Shown here piece by piece: positions 1 to 9,711 of a DNA stretch of 40,238 nt (its first letter is position 1; every line of letters begins with the position of its first letter). The position numbers were made by a program, and so were the translations under genes. The stretch lies in the NCBI GenBank assembly GCA_018649885.1, contig JABIHA010000126.1:62001-102238 (forward strand), read 5' to 3'. Source of the DNA: Bacteriovoracaceae bacterium. Its GTDB lineage: Bacteria > Bdellovibrionota > Bacteriovoracia > Bacteriovoracales > Bacteriovoracaceae. The notes below the pieces were generated by a model. The model saw only the letters and a program-made list of their open reading frames with translations, was not told where the DNA came from and did not search any database.

Positions 1-61
1 CACCAAATGATCTCCTACTTCCTTTAAGATTATTAGAGAGAGAAAAAACATCGGAGAAATT

Positions 62-550
62 ATGAACTTTAAACTACTACTGTCTATTTCACTTACTTCA
101 TTAATACTAACAACCGCAAATGCCAAGGAGCTATCATTTGATCTCGAGAGCCTCTCTGACAAGGTACTAGAGACACAAAATGTGATTAGCACAACTAGTG
201 ACGAAGAAGTTACTAGTTACGCAGAAGATTCTGAGTACGGAGAAGGTCAATTCCAAGTTAGTGGAGTAACAATAATTTCCATGCGTAAATACCACAAATA
301 TTCCACACTAAGTCATGAAGTTGAAAACTCAGGAGTCTTTGTTTTTTCAGATGCTAACGGTGAAGCCTATGGAGCCTACTACGGAAAGACTTACTGTCCC
401 CAAATCAATATTTCAGAACACGATTTAGAATTGTACCGAGATTACTTTTTAAACAAACGTACAATATCGGCCGTCTACCTAATAAAGCCAACAGATAGTT
501 CCACAAGGAATTGCCTTGCTGGTCATTTTCAATATGCAAGAGATAATTAA
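62..550 (+). CDS. Hypothetical secreted protein
   Basis: 162-aa ORF with GGAG RBS upstream and an N-terminal signal peptide (MNFKLLLSISLTSLILTTANA); no recognisable domain. Confidence 0.8.
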   Translation: MNFKLLLSISLTSLILTTANAKELSFDLESLSDKVLETQNVISTTSDEEVTSYAEDSEYGEGQFQVSGVTIISMRKYHKYSTLSHEVENSGVFVFSDANGEAYGAYYGKTYCPQINISEHDLELYRDYFLNKRTISAVYLIKPTDSSTRNCLAGHFQYARDN

Positions 551-633
551 AATCACTTTATGTGAGCGGCCGGTCAAATAAATTTGGCTGGATAAGAAAA
601 TGATATTTAAAACACTTAAATAAGGGCAGGGTC

Positions 634-1254
634 ATGAAACTTTTCAATCAGTTTGCTATCTTCTTTCTTTTTATTTCTTTTTCTGCATTTGGATTTTCTA
701 AAGAACAGCAGCTAGCAGACTCTGCAAGTAAATTATCAGAGATTTGGGAAACTAAGAAGAAGGAAGTAGTGACATTGCATGATATTGCCAATGCTGTTCA
801 ATACTCTCTTTTTGGGGGTAATCAAGAAGAAATGGTTTCAAGGCAAAGAGAGGTCTTAGGTGAACAATACATGGTACTAGTTGAGGATTGGTGGGAAGAT
901 ATGCATAAGGGAATTTTAAACCGAGAACTCGCAAGTACTTACTATTATCAATGCAGGGAGAATCGGTCGGATTTTAGCAGTATTCAAAAATTTGTAGGCA
1001 AAAAGAATGTTGAGATCTATCACAACAATGAGTATAAAAATCTCCCTCTCCCTTGTAAGAGATATATTACTCATGCAGGGAGAAGCAAGTTGGCATATCA
1101 AAATGCTAGTATTACACATAAGTTAATAAAACAAAGAGAATCCGGCATGGATAAGCTTGATACAATATATTTCTTACAAACTGGTGAGAAAAGAGAGGTG
1201 TCTCTATTTACCGAAGCCAGTAATCGCAGGTTGGATACCTCAAGAACTGAGTAG
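634..1254 (+). CDS. Hypothetical secreted protein
   Basis: 206-aa ORF with signal peptide MKLFNQFAIFFLFISFSAFG; no recognisable domain. Confidence 0.8.
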   Translation: MKLFNQFAIFFLFISFSAFGFSKEQQLADSASKLSEIWETKKKEVVTLHDIANAVQYSLFGGNQEEMVSRQREVLGEQYMVLVEDWWEDMHKGILNRELASTYYYQCRENRSDFSSIQKFVGKKNVEIYHNNEYKNLPLPCKRYITHAGRSKLAYQNASITHKLIKQRESGMDKLDTIYFLQTGEKREVSLFTEASNRRLDTSRTE

Positions 1255-1269
1255 GTCAAAAAATGACCT
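1253..1269. terminator. Short hairpin between convergent genes, possible terminator
   Basis: AGGTCA-AAAAA-TGACCT directly after the stop at 1254; no clear U-tract. Confidence 0.3.
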
Positions 1270-1292
1270 GTGCTAGACTCTAAATCCTGCTC

Positions 1293-1967
1293 CTATTTAG
1301 TCGCAAAGAATTTCGCATAGGTCGGGTCTGTCTGATAGCCATCTTCGGTGGCAATATCTCTGATTCCCGCAATTGTATTTGAAGGCCAAATACTTTGGAA
1401 GATATTGACGATCCACTTGGGAACGGCGCCTTTTGGGTCGGCGTTTATTTCGACCATTATTTCTGTTTTTGTGCCATTTTCTATGGATTTTAGGATGTAT
1501 TCGCTTTCTTTTAAATCCCCACGAACTACACCTTTTGTTACTGGTGCGCTTGGATCAGTGGCCGGTCCCATTTTAATTTTAAAGGTTTTTTTATCAGCTG
1601 ATACCCACCACTTTACGTAATAAACAAAATCTCTATTTTTAAGTGGCCACGGTGTGCTTGTAAGATTGTATTCAATTCGATGGGTTTCAGAGATTTGCTT
1701 TACAATTCTGGTCTCTTTTAAATCGGACATCCACTCTTTAATTCTTTTTTGGTCATTGATAACAGTTAAAACTTTTGCCATTGATGCGTCTATAATTCCA
1801 ATTCCTCTAAAGGCGACAATTTTTGAATTGGGAACATCACCTCTGTAAACTGTGACTTTATTTCTGACCTTGGTTTTCTTCCAAACAGTGCCTGGCATTA
1901 CGGCGTGAGCAGAAGCTAGCCAAGTAGATATTAAAATAGTTGCAAGAATTAAATGTTTCAAAGTCAC
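1293..1967 (-). CDS. Secreted START-domain (lipid-binding, SRPBCC) protein
   Basis: Signal peptide plus START motifs PWPLKNRDFV and ADPKGAVPKWIVN. The real start may be TTG at 1961, with GAGG 5 nt upstream. Confidence 0.85.
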   Translation of the reverse strand: MTLKHLILATILISTWLASAHAVMPGTVWKKTKVRNKVTVYRGDVPNSKIVAFRGIGIIDASMAKVLTVINDQKRIKEWMSDLKETRIVKQISETHRIEYNLTSTPWPLKNRDFVYYVKWWVSADKKTFKIKMGPATDPSAPVTKGVVRGDLKESEYILKSIENGTKTEIMVEINADPKGAVPKWIVNIFQSIWPSNTIAGIRDIATEDGYQTDPTYAKFFATK

Positions 1968-2089
1968 CTCACCAATTTAAATTTTCAGCAAAAGCTGTGT
2001 ATTTTCCAGATCCTACCAACTTTTAAAAATATTTGATACGAATCTTAACGAACTAAAGTAAATTCTATAGACGCGTCGCATGTGAGACT

Positions 2090-2118
2090 TTGTAATTTAC
2101 CTTAAAGTTTTGTATGTT
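2090..2118 (+). promoter_or_regulatory. Putative sigma-70 promoter of the aminopeptidase gene
   Basis: TTGTAA (2090-2095), 17 nt, TATGTT (2113-2118). Confidence 0.4.
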
Positions 2119-2164
2119 TTATCCAAAAACCACAGCTAATTAACCAAAATCACAGGAGTTCTCC

Positions 2165-3631
2165 ATCAAACTTTCGATCCCTTCAGCTCTACTTCAAAAA
2201 CCCTCTAAAATTTCACCAACAGGGCAATTAATAGTTTTAGGAAAATTAACTAGAGTTCAAAAATCTAAAATCCTAGAAAAGCATCTTCCCATGTGGCAAA
2301 TAAATCATTTTTTTAATTCAGCAAAAGAGAATTGCTTTTACACAGGACTAACAGGGCCAGTGTGGATTGTTGATTTAGTGGACAAAGAACCTTGCAAAAT
2401 TAATACATCACTTTTATGTGCCTCAAATACAAGTACAGCAAAAAACTTAGTAGGCTCACTCGTGCCTAGTCTTCTTGCTCAAAAACTCACATGCATAGGG
2501 ATCACCTTTCACAAGGTAGAAAAAAATCAAATCATTAGCTCTCTTGTGGGACTTGAAATTGGCCACTACAGTTTCAAAGGAAGGGCGCAAACTCCTTATT
2601 ATCAAATTCAAAATGGGACAAAAGCTATTTCAAATGAAATTAAACAAGCTGCCAGCCTATGTGGAGTTTCAACAAATATTTCAAGGCACCTAGTAAATTT
2701 ACCTGGAAATAAGCTTAATCCAAAAACTTATGCCGAGGCTGCTAAAACACTTTTTAAAGGTTCTAAAAATACTAAAGTTAAAGTTATTGATAGGAATAAA
2801 CTTGGTGAGCTTGGTTATGAGCTTCTTCTTACTGTAGGGGATTCAGCAAGTGCAGCTCCTTGTATTGTTCATTTAAGGTACAGACCACAAGGGGCCAAAG
2901 GCAAACCCGTGGCATTTGTAGGAAAGGGGATCACATTTGACTCTGGCGGGATAAACGTGAAGCCTCACGCTGGAATGAGACTAATGAAAAAAGATATGGG
3001 CGGCTCAGCGGCCCTTATGGGACTTGCTTATTACCTAGACCATTCAAATATAAAAAAACCTGTAGATATTTATCTCTGCCTTGCAGAGAATGCCATTGAT
3101 AGCAAAAGTGCAAGGCCCGGAGATGTTATTAAATCTAAAGCGGGCGTAGAAGTGGAGATTCACCACACAGATGCTGAGGGCAGACTCGCACTGGCTTCTG
3201 GATTAACTATGGCCCAAAATGCGGGGAAAAAAGATGCTCCTAGAGCAGTTATTGACGTGGCCACTCTTACAGGCGCAATCAAAATAGGCCTGGGTTCAGA
3301 TGTTGCGGGGCTATTTTCTAATAATGATAAACTCGCAGCAAAAATTGAAAACGCCAGTCACAGCTCGGGTGAGCACTGCTGGAGAATGCCCATGTATCAA
3401 AATTACAGATCTCAAATTAAGTCTTCCTTTGGCGATATTGTCAATTCAGGAGGAGGGTATGGTGGTGCCATCACAGCTGCGCTCTTTTTAGAGAGTTTCG
3501 TTGAAAATGATATCCCTTGGGCCCATCTTGATATCTATGCTTGGAACGACTCCCCAAAAGGTGCCGTTACTGAAGTAGGCGGTTCAGGCCAAAGTGTAGG
3601 ACTTCTCATTGACCTGATGAAAACTATATAG
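2165..3631 (+). CDS. M17 family leucyl aminopeptidase (PepA/PepB-like); probable ATC start at 2165 (track start is ATG 2291)
   Basis: Motifs VGKGITFDSGG, MKKDMGG, HTDAEGRL, ATLTGA and WAHLDI. The frame is open from 2144, and AGGAG (2154-2158) lies 6 nt before an in-frame ATC. Product call is high confidence, start position moderate. Confidence 0.9.
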   Translation: MKLSIPSALLQKPSKISPTGQLIVLGKLTRVQKSKILEKHLPMWQINHFFNSAKENCFYTGLTGPVWIVDLVDKEPCKINTSLLCASNTSTAKNLVGSLVPSLLAQKLTCIGITFHKVEKNQIISSLVGLEIGHYSFKGRAQTPYYQIQNGTKAISNEIKQAASLCGVSTNISRHLVNLPGNKLNPKTYAEAAKTLFKGSKNTKVKVIDRNKLGELGYELLLTVGDSASAAPCIVHLRYRPQGAKGKPVAFVGKGITFDSGGINVKPHAGMRLMKKDMGGSAALMGLAYYLDHSNIKKPVDIYLCLAENAIDSKSARPGDVIKSKAGVEVEIHHTDAEGRLALASGLTMAQNAGKKDAPRAVIDVATLTGAIKIGLGSDVAGLFSNNDKLAAKIENASHSSGEHCWRMPMYQNYRSQIKSSFGDIVNSGGGYGGAITAALFLESFVENDIPWAHLDIYAWNDSPKGAVTEVGGSGQSVGLLIDLMKTI

Positions 3632-3653
3632 GGGACAGCAAGATAGATTTTAA

Positions 3654-4318
3654 TCAAAAGAAAGCTTGGGTGCCCTTATTTTCAACATCCTCTAGGATCA
3701 TTTCTCTTCTGTAGATTACAAACTCTATTTCTTCTTCTGTTAATAGATCTGTAAACCGAGAACGAATTGTTGAGGGCTCAAGGGAGCTGAGACTGGTAAT
3801 AAACTTTTGGGTATACTTCTCAGGTAAAGTCCTCCCTATTGGAAAGCTAACTGCTCTTGAAGTATCCAATATGCCAACAGCAAAGTCTTGATCAAAATCA
3901 AAACGAACTACCCCACCATCAGGTGTTATGTGAAAATTACTAACACTCCCATCTGAATCCCCAAGTAAAAATGAAAAGGCCTTTGTATCAGACATTTTTT
4001 GAGGGTCGATGACTTGCAAGGCACCTCTCCCCTTAGTAGATATTGCTGCTCAACCAGATAATCAAGCCCCCTAATATGAGCTGCTGAATCAATTTCAAAG
4101 CCTAGGCCTAGAGGCCTGGAAACTCCAGAATCAACTCCTATACTCCACAGTAAGTATCGATCAAAAACAGGCCCCACTACTGGAAGATTCGAGCTTCTTA
4201 TAGCGATGCTATCCGCCATCGCTATAATTTGTGCACATAACTTGGAGGTACCAGCATGCGAATAGCTACCAAAGCTAGAAAATGAAATGAGTAAAATGTA
4301 AACAAATCGCAACGTCAT
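3654..4318 (-). pseudogene. Frameshifted secreted protein with a PI3/4-kinase- or HipA-like C-terminal segment
   Basis: Two overlapping same-strand ORFs. The upstream part starts at ATG 4318 with an RBS and signal peptide. The downstream part (3654-4019) has LLGDSDGSVSNF...RFDFDQDF and LLTEEEIEFVIYRREMIL. The shift must fall 3' of the TGA at 4050-4052. Confidence 0.5.
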
Positions 4319-4527
4319 AGCCCCTTTTCGGGGAATTTCATATGGACAATAAGAGAGTAAAATACTTTTATAAAGTCCCACTGAAAGTATTATTAGGGAC
4401 TTAGTAGTTGAATCCTAAATTTTTCCTTAGATAAATTTCTGAGCTTGGAATAAATAGTGAGAAACAAAATGAAATTTTGAGAGCTACTGCTTTGCCTCTT
4501 AAAGTTTTTGGAGATTCTTAACAATCA

Positions 4528-5331
4528 CTAATGCTTAAATATTGTTGAAGGATAGGTTTCAAAATATTTATAAAGTAGGATTGAGCCAGAGATAGCTGCA
4601 TTTAGTGAGTTCACACCACCTTCGACCATCGGTATTTTTACAAAATGATCGATATAGGGATAGAGATCTTTATCTATCCCTGAGGCTTCACTGCCAATAA
4701 TAAAAACTGCATTTTCAGGGCATTCAAAATAATTGAGACTCTGTCCGAATATTCTGTTTTCAGCACCAATGATGACATGGCCTGAATTCTTTAGAATTCT
4801 TAAACTTTCTTTGAGATCAGAACTCACATGTACTTTTGATTCTAAAAAACATCCCATAGAGACTCTCGCCGAGCGCCTCAAAAATGGAGAAGCAGTGGTC
4901 TTGTCACAGAGAATAGATTTTCCTCCGAGACCAACTTGAGTTCTCACGAGAGAGCCAACATTTTCAGCGCTGTTCACTCCATTTAAAACAACAATAGGAG
5001 AAGTCAGCTCACGTAGTGCAACCGTATCTGGTCGCTCTACCATCGCCATAATTCCTTGGTGCAGCTTAAAGCCCACAACTTCTTCCATCAGCTGTCTCTT
5101 AGCAACAAAGATCCGCTGCTCATCAACGCCATTTTCCCTAAGGAGAGGCTTATATTTAACGTACAAGTCGTGGGTAAGAAATAGACTTTCAATCTTTGCT
5201 GACGCTGCAAGTGCTCTTTCAACTAGCCTCTTTCCGTCAATAACAACGGTGTCACTAGACTGGTGCACTTTTTCCTTAAGAGATAAATACTCAAAAACAC
5301 GTGGATCATCGAGCTTTGTGATTTCTAACAT
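4528..5331 (-). CDS. TrmH/SpoU family RNA 2'-O-methyltransferase
   Basis: SPOUT motifs ENVGSLVR, IIGSEASGI and KIPM...VNSLNAAISGSILLY. Confidence 0.92.
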   Translation of the reverse strand: MLEITKLDDPRVFEYLSLKEKVHQSSDTVVIDGKRLVERALAASAKIESLFLTHDLYVKYKPLLRENGVDEQRIFVAKRQLMEEVVGFKLHQGIMAMVERPDTVALRELTSPIVVLNGVNSAENVGSLVRTQVGLGGKSILCDKTTASPFLRRSARVSMGCFLESKVHVSSDLKESLRILKNSGHVIIGAENRIFGQSLNYFECPENAVFIIGSEASGIDKDLYPYIDHFVKIPMVEGGVNSLNAAISGSILLYKYFETYPSTIFKH

Positions 5332-5388
5332 TTTTACTCACTTCCTTTTAATTTTTAAGAAGTTATAGGTGTTGTCAAAGTGCACCAA

Positions 5389-5418
5389 TTGACAGCAATG
5401 ATAGCCTCAAGGTATCCT
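5389..5418 (+). promoter_or_regulatory. Putative sigma-70 promoter of the carD-like gene
   Basis: Perfect TTGACA (5389-5394), 18 nt, TATCCT (5413-5418). Confidence 0.55.
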
Positions 5419-5560
5419 ATATAGCAAGACGAAGCTTTATAAAGCTTCACAAGGAAATCCCAAAAAGCATTGGAACTTGAACCTACTTATAGATCACATC
5501 TTTTCAATGCCCTGCTTTTAAGTTTCCTCCCTTTTCAAAAACATCAACAAGGAATGTGAA

Positions 5561-6049
5561 ATGTTTAAAATTGGCGACACGGTATCATGCTCAGGATTTG
5601 GCATTGGAATTATCGTAGACATTGAAAATCAAGACCTAGGTGGAAGGTCCATGGACTTTTACGTCGTGGGTGATTTACAAAACACTGACAAAATTAAAAT
5701 ATCGACTACCACAAAAGGGAAATTGAGAGGCCTTCTCAATAAAAGTGAAATGGAGACAATTGTCACATTTTTAAAAACTGAAGGAGACTCCCCTATAAAA
5801 GGTAACAACAGAACTTTCTATCTCAACCTTCTCAATGAATTTAAAACTGGCGATCTTGAAAAAATGGCCCGCGTTTTAAAATCTCTCACACTAAAAAATG
5901 AACAAAGAAAATTGAGAGTTGAAGAGAAAAAACTATATGACCGAGTTAAAGAACAAATCTCAACAGAGATGGCCTTTGTCTATGACATGAGTCCCCTCGA
6001 TGCAAAGTCCTATTTAGAGAAAACTCTTATGATGGATCAGCAGTCGTAG
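5561..6049 (+). CDS. CarD/CdnL family transcription factor (divergent)
   Basis: N-terminal MFKIGDTV...GIGIIVDIE RNAP-interaction domain, a LRGL linker, and C-terminal FKTGD...ARVLKSL...EEKKLYDRVKEQISTEMAFV; 162 aa. Confidence 0.85.
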   Translation: MFKIGDTVSCSGFGIGIIVDIENQDLGGRSMDFYVVGDLQNTDKIKISTTTKGKLRGLLNKSEMETIVTFLKTEGDSPIKGNNRTFYLNLLNEFKTGDLEKMARVLKSLTLKNEQRKLRVEEKKLYDRVKEQISTEMAFVYDMSPLDAKSYLEKTLMMDQQS

Positions 6050-7404
6050 AGATTGTAGGCTTTGATATTGCAAAATTCTTTAAGCCCGAAATGACTAAGC
6101 TCACGTCCAAGCCCACTTTTTTTAATTCCTCCAAAGGGCATTCTTGGATCTGATTTTGTATAAGAATTAATAAACACTGTACCCGATTCAATTTTTCGGG
6201 CCACCATCATGGCCCGATCTAAATCTTTTGACCATACACTTGCTCCCAAACCAAATTCACTAGCATTAGCAAGCTCTATTGCACTGGCATCATCATCTAC
6301 CTTAAAAACAAGAGCAACCGGTCCAAATACTTCTTCAGTAAAAACTCTCATCTTCTCATTTAAATCACATAAGATTGTAGGCGAATAATAAAAACCTTCT
6401 CCTTCAATTCTCTCTCCCCCGCAAACGACTGTAGCTCCTAGTGAAGTTGCATCTACCACTTGAGAATCAATTTCTTCAAGAGCTTTTAAACTTACTAGTG
6501 GACCTATTTGAGTTTTTTCATCTAATGGGTCTCCTATAATTTTAGACTCCACGATCTGTTTAAATTTTTCAACAAACTGATCGTATACATCACTGTGAAT
6601 GATAAATCTTTTGGCAGCAATACAGCTCTGTCCAGTGTTTTGCATCCTTCCCCGTACCGCTCCCTCACAGGCCTTTTCTATATCTGCGTCCTCTAAAACG
6701 ATAAAAGGGTCTGAACCACCAAGCTCTAACACCACTTTTTTTATATTGGCCCCAGCCACCTCGCCAACAAGGGCACCGGCCGTAGTACTTCCTGTAAGTG
6801 AAATTCCACAAACCCTTGGATCTTCAATTAAACCAGTAACACTTTGATGGTCAGTGAGAAGGGTCGCAAAACATCCAGGCATAAAACCCGCATCCATAAA
6901 AGCCTTTTCAAGCATCAGCGCGCAGCCAGGAGTTACATTGGAGTGTTTTAGAAGAGTCGTATTTCCGGAAATCAAAGTGGGAACTGCGAATCGAATCACC
7001 TGCCATAGAGGATAATTCCAAGGCATTATACTGAGAATAACCCCAAGTGGTTCATAACTAATATGGTGACTGAGTCCATCTGCAGTGACCAACTCATCTT
7101 CCAGCCATTTTTTTGAGTTGGTCACATAGCTGTCACAAAGAAGTGCGCATTTTTTCACCTCTGCCCTGGACTCAGTTATGGGCTTGCCCACCTCAATACT
7201 CATTTGTCTTGCAAAGGGTTCAAGGGTATCTAAAAGTACCTGGGATAATTTGGAAACGAACGCAAGCCTAGCTCTCAAATCCAGCTCACTCCAATTTTTA
7301 TAGGTAATATGTGCGGTGCTAAGCTTTTGCTCAATTTCCTGGTCGCTGTGGAATTCGTAGGTGGTAATCACCGTATTGGTAGCTGGATTAATAGGACTAA
7401 TCAT
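6037..7404 (-). CDS. NAD(P)-dependent succinate-semialdehyde dehydrogenase-type aldehyde dehydrogenase
   Basis: Motifs IMPWNYP, LTGST, LELGGSDP, catalytic GQSCIA, EEVFGPV and PFGGIKKSGLGRE. Confidence 0.92.
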   Translation of the reverse strand: MISPINPATNTVITTYEFHSDQEIEQKLSTAHITYKNWSELDLRARLAFVSKLSQVLLDTLEPFARQMSIEVGKPITESRAEVKKCALLCDSYVTNSKKWLEDELVTADGLSHHISYEPLGVILSIMPWNYPLWQVIRFAVPTLISGNTTLLKHSNVTPGCALMLEKAFMDAGFMPGCFATLLTDHQSVTGLIEDPRVCGISLTGSTTAGALVGEVAGANIKKVVLELGGSDPFIVLEDADIEKACEGAVRGRMQNTGQSCIAAKRFIIHSDVYDQFVEKFKQIVESKIIGDPLDEKTQIGPLVSLKALEEIDSQVVDATSLGATVVCGGERIEGEGFYYSPTILCDLNEKMRVFTEEVFGPVALVFKVDDDASAIELANASEFGLGASVWSKDLDRAMMVARKIESGTVFINSYTKSDPRMPFGGIKKSGLGRELSHFGLKEFCNIKAYNLYDC

Positions 7405-7542
7405 AATCTATCCTTTTTGTACTTTAGTTAGCAGGGCAGCATGCACTTGTTCATTAACAATAAGCAATTGATATTCTACAATAGGTATTCTTAGACATAA
7501 AATAATGTCTACAAAGAGCAGGAATCTGCGAAGAGGACTTAA

Positions 7543-9711
7543 ATGAAGTTTTTTCTTATCACTGTGCTTTCCCTCATAAATTTTTATGCCTTTGCCTCTG
7601 ATGATTTTGATCCCAAAGCACTTGTTAAATTTGGGATGCAGACAATAGAAATTGATGGAGAAAATTATCTTTCTGTAAATTACCATAACGAAAAAAAATG
7701 GCACACCTACTGGGTCAATCCAGGAGATGCTGGCAAGGAAATGAAAAACAAGTTCAGCCTAGATGGAAGTGAGCTCACCCTATCTGAACTTGAATGGCCC
7801 GTCCCTAAAAAATATATAGAAGAAGGGGATATTCTGGCCTATGGGTATGAAGGAAGCTACTCACTATTTTTCCACCTTCCAAAAAAACACACTGGAGAAT
7901 TTAAGCTATCTGGCCACTGGTTAGTATGTAAGCATATTTGCATCCCAGGCTCAGGGGAAATCACTGGAGTTTTGAATTCTGGAGATTTAAAAGTAGATGG
8001 TGATAACCTCACCTTGAACCAATCAGATCTTGAAAAAAGTTATCGCCAGTTGCCAGGGCACGGGAAAAAGCCGAAAGAGCTCGAATTGTATATTACAAAA
8101 GGACTCTCTGGTGAGGGGCTAACACTCCACTACTCACTAAAAGGTCCCTTTTCAAAGGGTTTGACTCTAAAGCCAGGACTATTAACTCCATTTCCAAATG
8201 GTATCATTTCATTCAAAAGGGAATATCTATATTCGGACGATGATGGAAACCTAGTAGGCACAATGGATATATTATGGGAAGGCGACTACCTTGAATCACC
8301 TGTGCTAATGCCCACTGATGGAGATTTAAAAACACCGCTGGATTTGAGTTTTCTCTATCGTGATCCAAGCTCTCTCAAAATAACAAAAATTGGGCATCTT
8401 ATTAAATCATTTTCAGTGTCGAGCACTGAAGGCCTAAAAAGCTATTACAAAAGCCTCACACCGTATGGTAGTCAAAATGTAAAAACCAAAAGTGCGAAAA
8501 ATGAAACTTCATTTTTCACTTACCTTCTCTTTGCATTTTTAGGCGGTCTGATTCTCAATATCATGCCGTGTGTACTTCCCATTATCTCTTTAAAACTCTT
8601 TGGCCTCTTGGCCCATAGCGCGGAATCAAAAACGAGGATTCTAAGACATAACCTTACATACTCTGCCGGTGTTATTTCAACCTTTTTACTACTGGCCGGT
8701 CTTGTCTTAATTCTTCAAAGATTAGGAGAGCAAGTTGGTTGGGGTTTTCAAATGCAAAGTATCTCCTTTGTGGGGGCCATGATCATGGTTTTGTTTCTGA
8801 TGGCCTTGAATCTTTTTGGGCTATTTGAATTTGGCACCCCAGGTGGAAAGACGCTAGGGGGAGCAAAATTAAAAGGTGGATTCAAAGGAGACTTTTTAAC
8901 AGGAGTTCTTTCAACAATACTCTCCACCCCATGCTCGGCTCCCTTTTTGGGAACTGCCCTAACATTTGCTTTTACTTCACCTCCTCATATTATCTTTTTA
9001 ATGTTCTTTTTTATAGGCCTTGGTCTCTCCTTTCCATTTTTGGCAACAGGATTTTTCCCTGGATGCCTAAAACTTTTACCAAAGCCAGGACTATGGATGG
9101 AAAACCTAAAGAAGTTTTTAGGCCTCACCATACTTCTCACATTAATTTGGCTCTTTGATGTGTTTATCTCTTTATCACCCACATCCATGGCCATGAATCA
9201 TCTGACAGGTGCTCTCATTTTTATTTTCTTTGCCATCTTCTTTCATCAGAAAATGAGTAAATCAAAAATGTGGAAATCAATTTACTACTTTTTAAGTATT
9301 GCCATGATTGTAGGATTCATCTACCACAGTCAAGATCAAGCACCAGCACCTTCAATAAACCAGGCCACCATGACTCCAGGAGAACTACCGTGGATGCCCT
9401 GGTCGAGAGAGAAAATGAAATCCTTAAAAGGTGAGTTGGTATTCATTAATTTTACTGCCAAGTGGTGCTTTACCTGTAAAGTTAACGAAAAATTTGTCCT
9501 TCACTCTGATGATTTTAAAAATCTAATCGACAAATACCAACTAAAGCTCCTATTAGGAGACTGGACAAAAAGAGATGACCGCATTGGCTCCTTTTTAAAA
9601 GAAAATAGTTTAGTTGGAGTACCAGCTTATTTTATTCAGAAAAAAAATGGAGAATTGATTTCTTTAGGAGAGACGATTTCTATTTCAAAGATCGAATCAA
9701 ACCTTAAATAA
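7543..9711 (+). CDS. dsbD: Thiol:disulfide interchange protein DsbD (N-terminal, transmembrane and thioredoxin domains)
   Basis: WHTYWVNPGDAG and WLVCKHICIPG; transmembrane cysteines in MPCVLP and STPCSAPFLG; thioredoxin motif FTAKWCFTCKVN. Confidence 0.9.
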   Translation: MKFFLITVLSLINFYAFASDDFDPKALVKFGMQTIEIDGENYLSVNYHNEKKWHTYWVNPGDAGKEMKNKFSLDGSELTLSELEWPVPKKYIEEGDILAYGYEGSYSLFFHLPKKHTGEFKLSGHWLVCKHICIPGSGEITGVLNSGDLKVDGDNLTLNQSDLEKSYRQLPGHGKKPKELELYITKGLSGEGLTLHYSLKGPFSKGLTLKPGLLTPFPNGIISFKREYLYSDDDGNLVGTMDILWEGDYLESPVLMPTDGDLKTPLDLSFLYRDPSSLKITKIGHLIKSFSVSSTEGLKSYYKSLTPYGSQNVKTKSAKNETSFFTYLLFAFLGGLILNIMPCVLPIISLKLFGLLAHSAESKTRILRHNLTYSAGVISTFLLLAGLVLILQRLGEQVGWGFQMQSISFVGAMIMVLFLMALNLFGLFEFGTPGGKTLGGAKLKGGFKGDFLTGVLSTILSTPCSAPFLGTALTFAFTSPPHIIFLMFFFIGLGLSFPFLATGFFPGCLKLLPKPGLWMENLKKFLGLTILLTLIWLFDVFISLSPTSMAMNHLTGALIFIFFAIFFHQKMSKSKMWKSIYYFLSIAMIVGFIYHSQDQAPAPSINQATMTPGELPWMPWSREKMKSLKGELVFINFTAKWCFTCKVNEKFVLHSDDFKNLIDKYQLKLLLGDWTKRDDRIGSFLKENSLVGVPAYFIQKKNGELISLGETISISKIESNLK

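Noticed and set aside
558..583. lacO/CRP-like TGTGAGCGG sequence
   Set aside because: The spacing does not match CRP (TGTGA-N6-TCACA). At most it is an imperfect hairpin after the first gene.
2114..2143. In-frame upstream mini-ORF MFYPKTTAN* as a leader peptide or read-through start
   Set aside because: Its ATG lies inside the predicted -10 box and has no RBS, so it is probably not transcribed.
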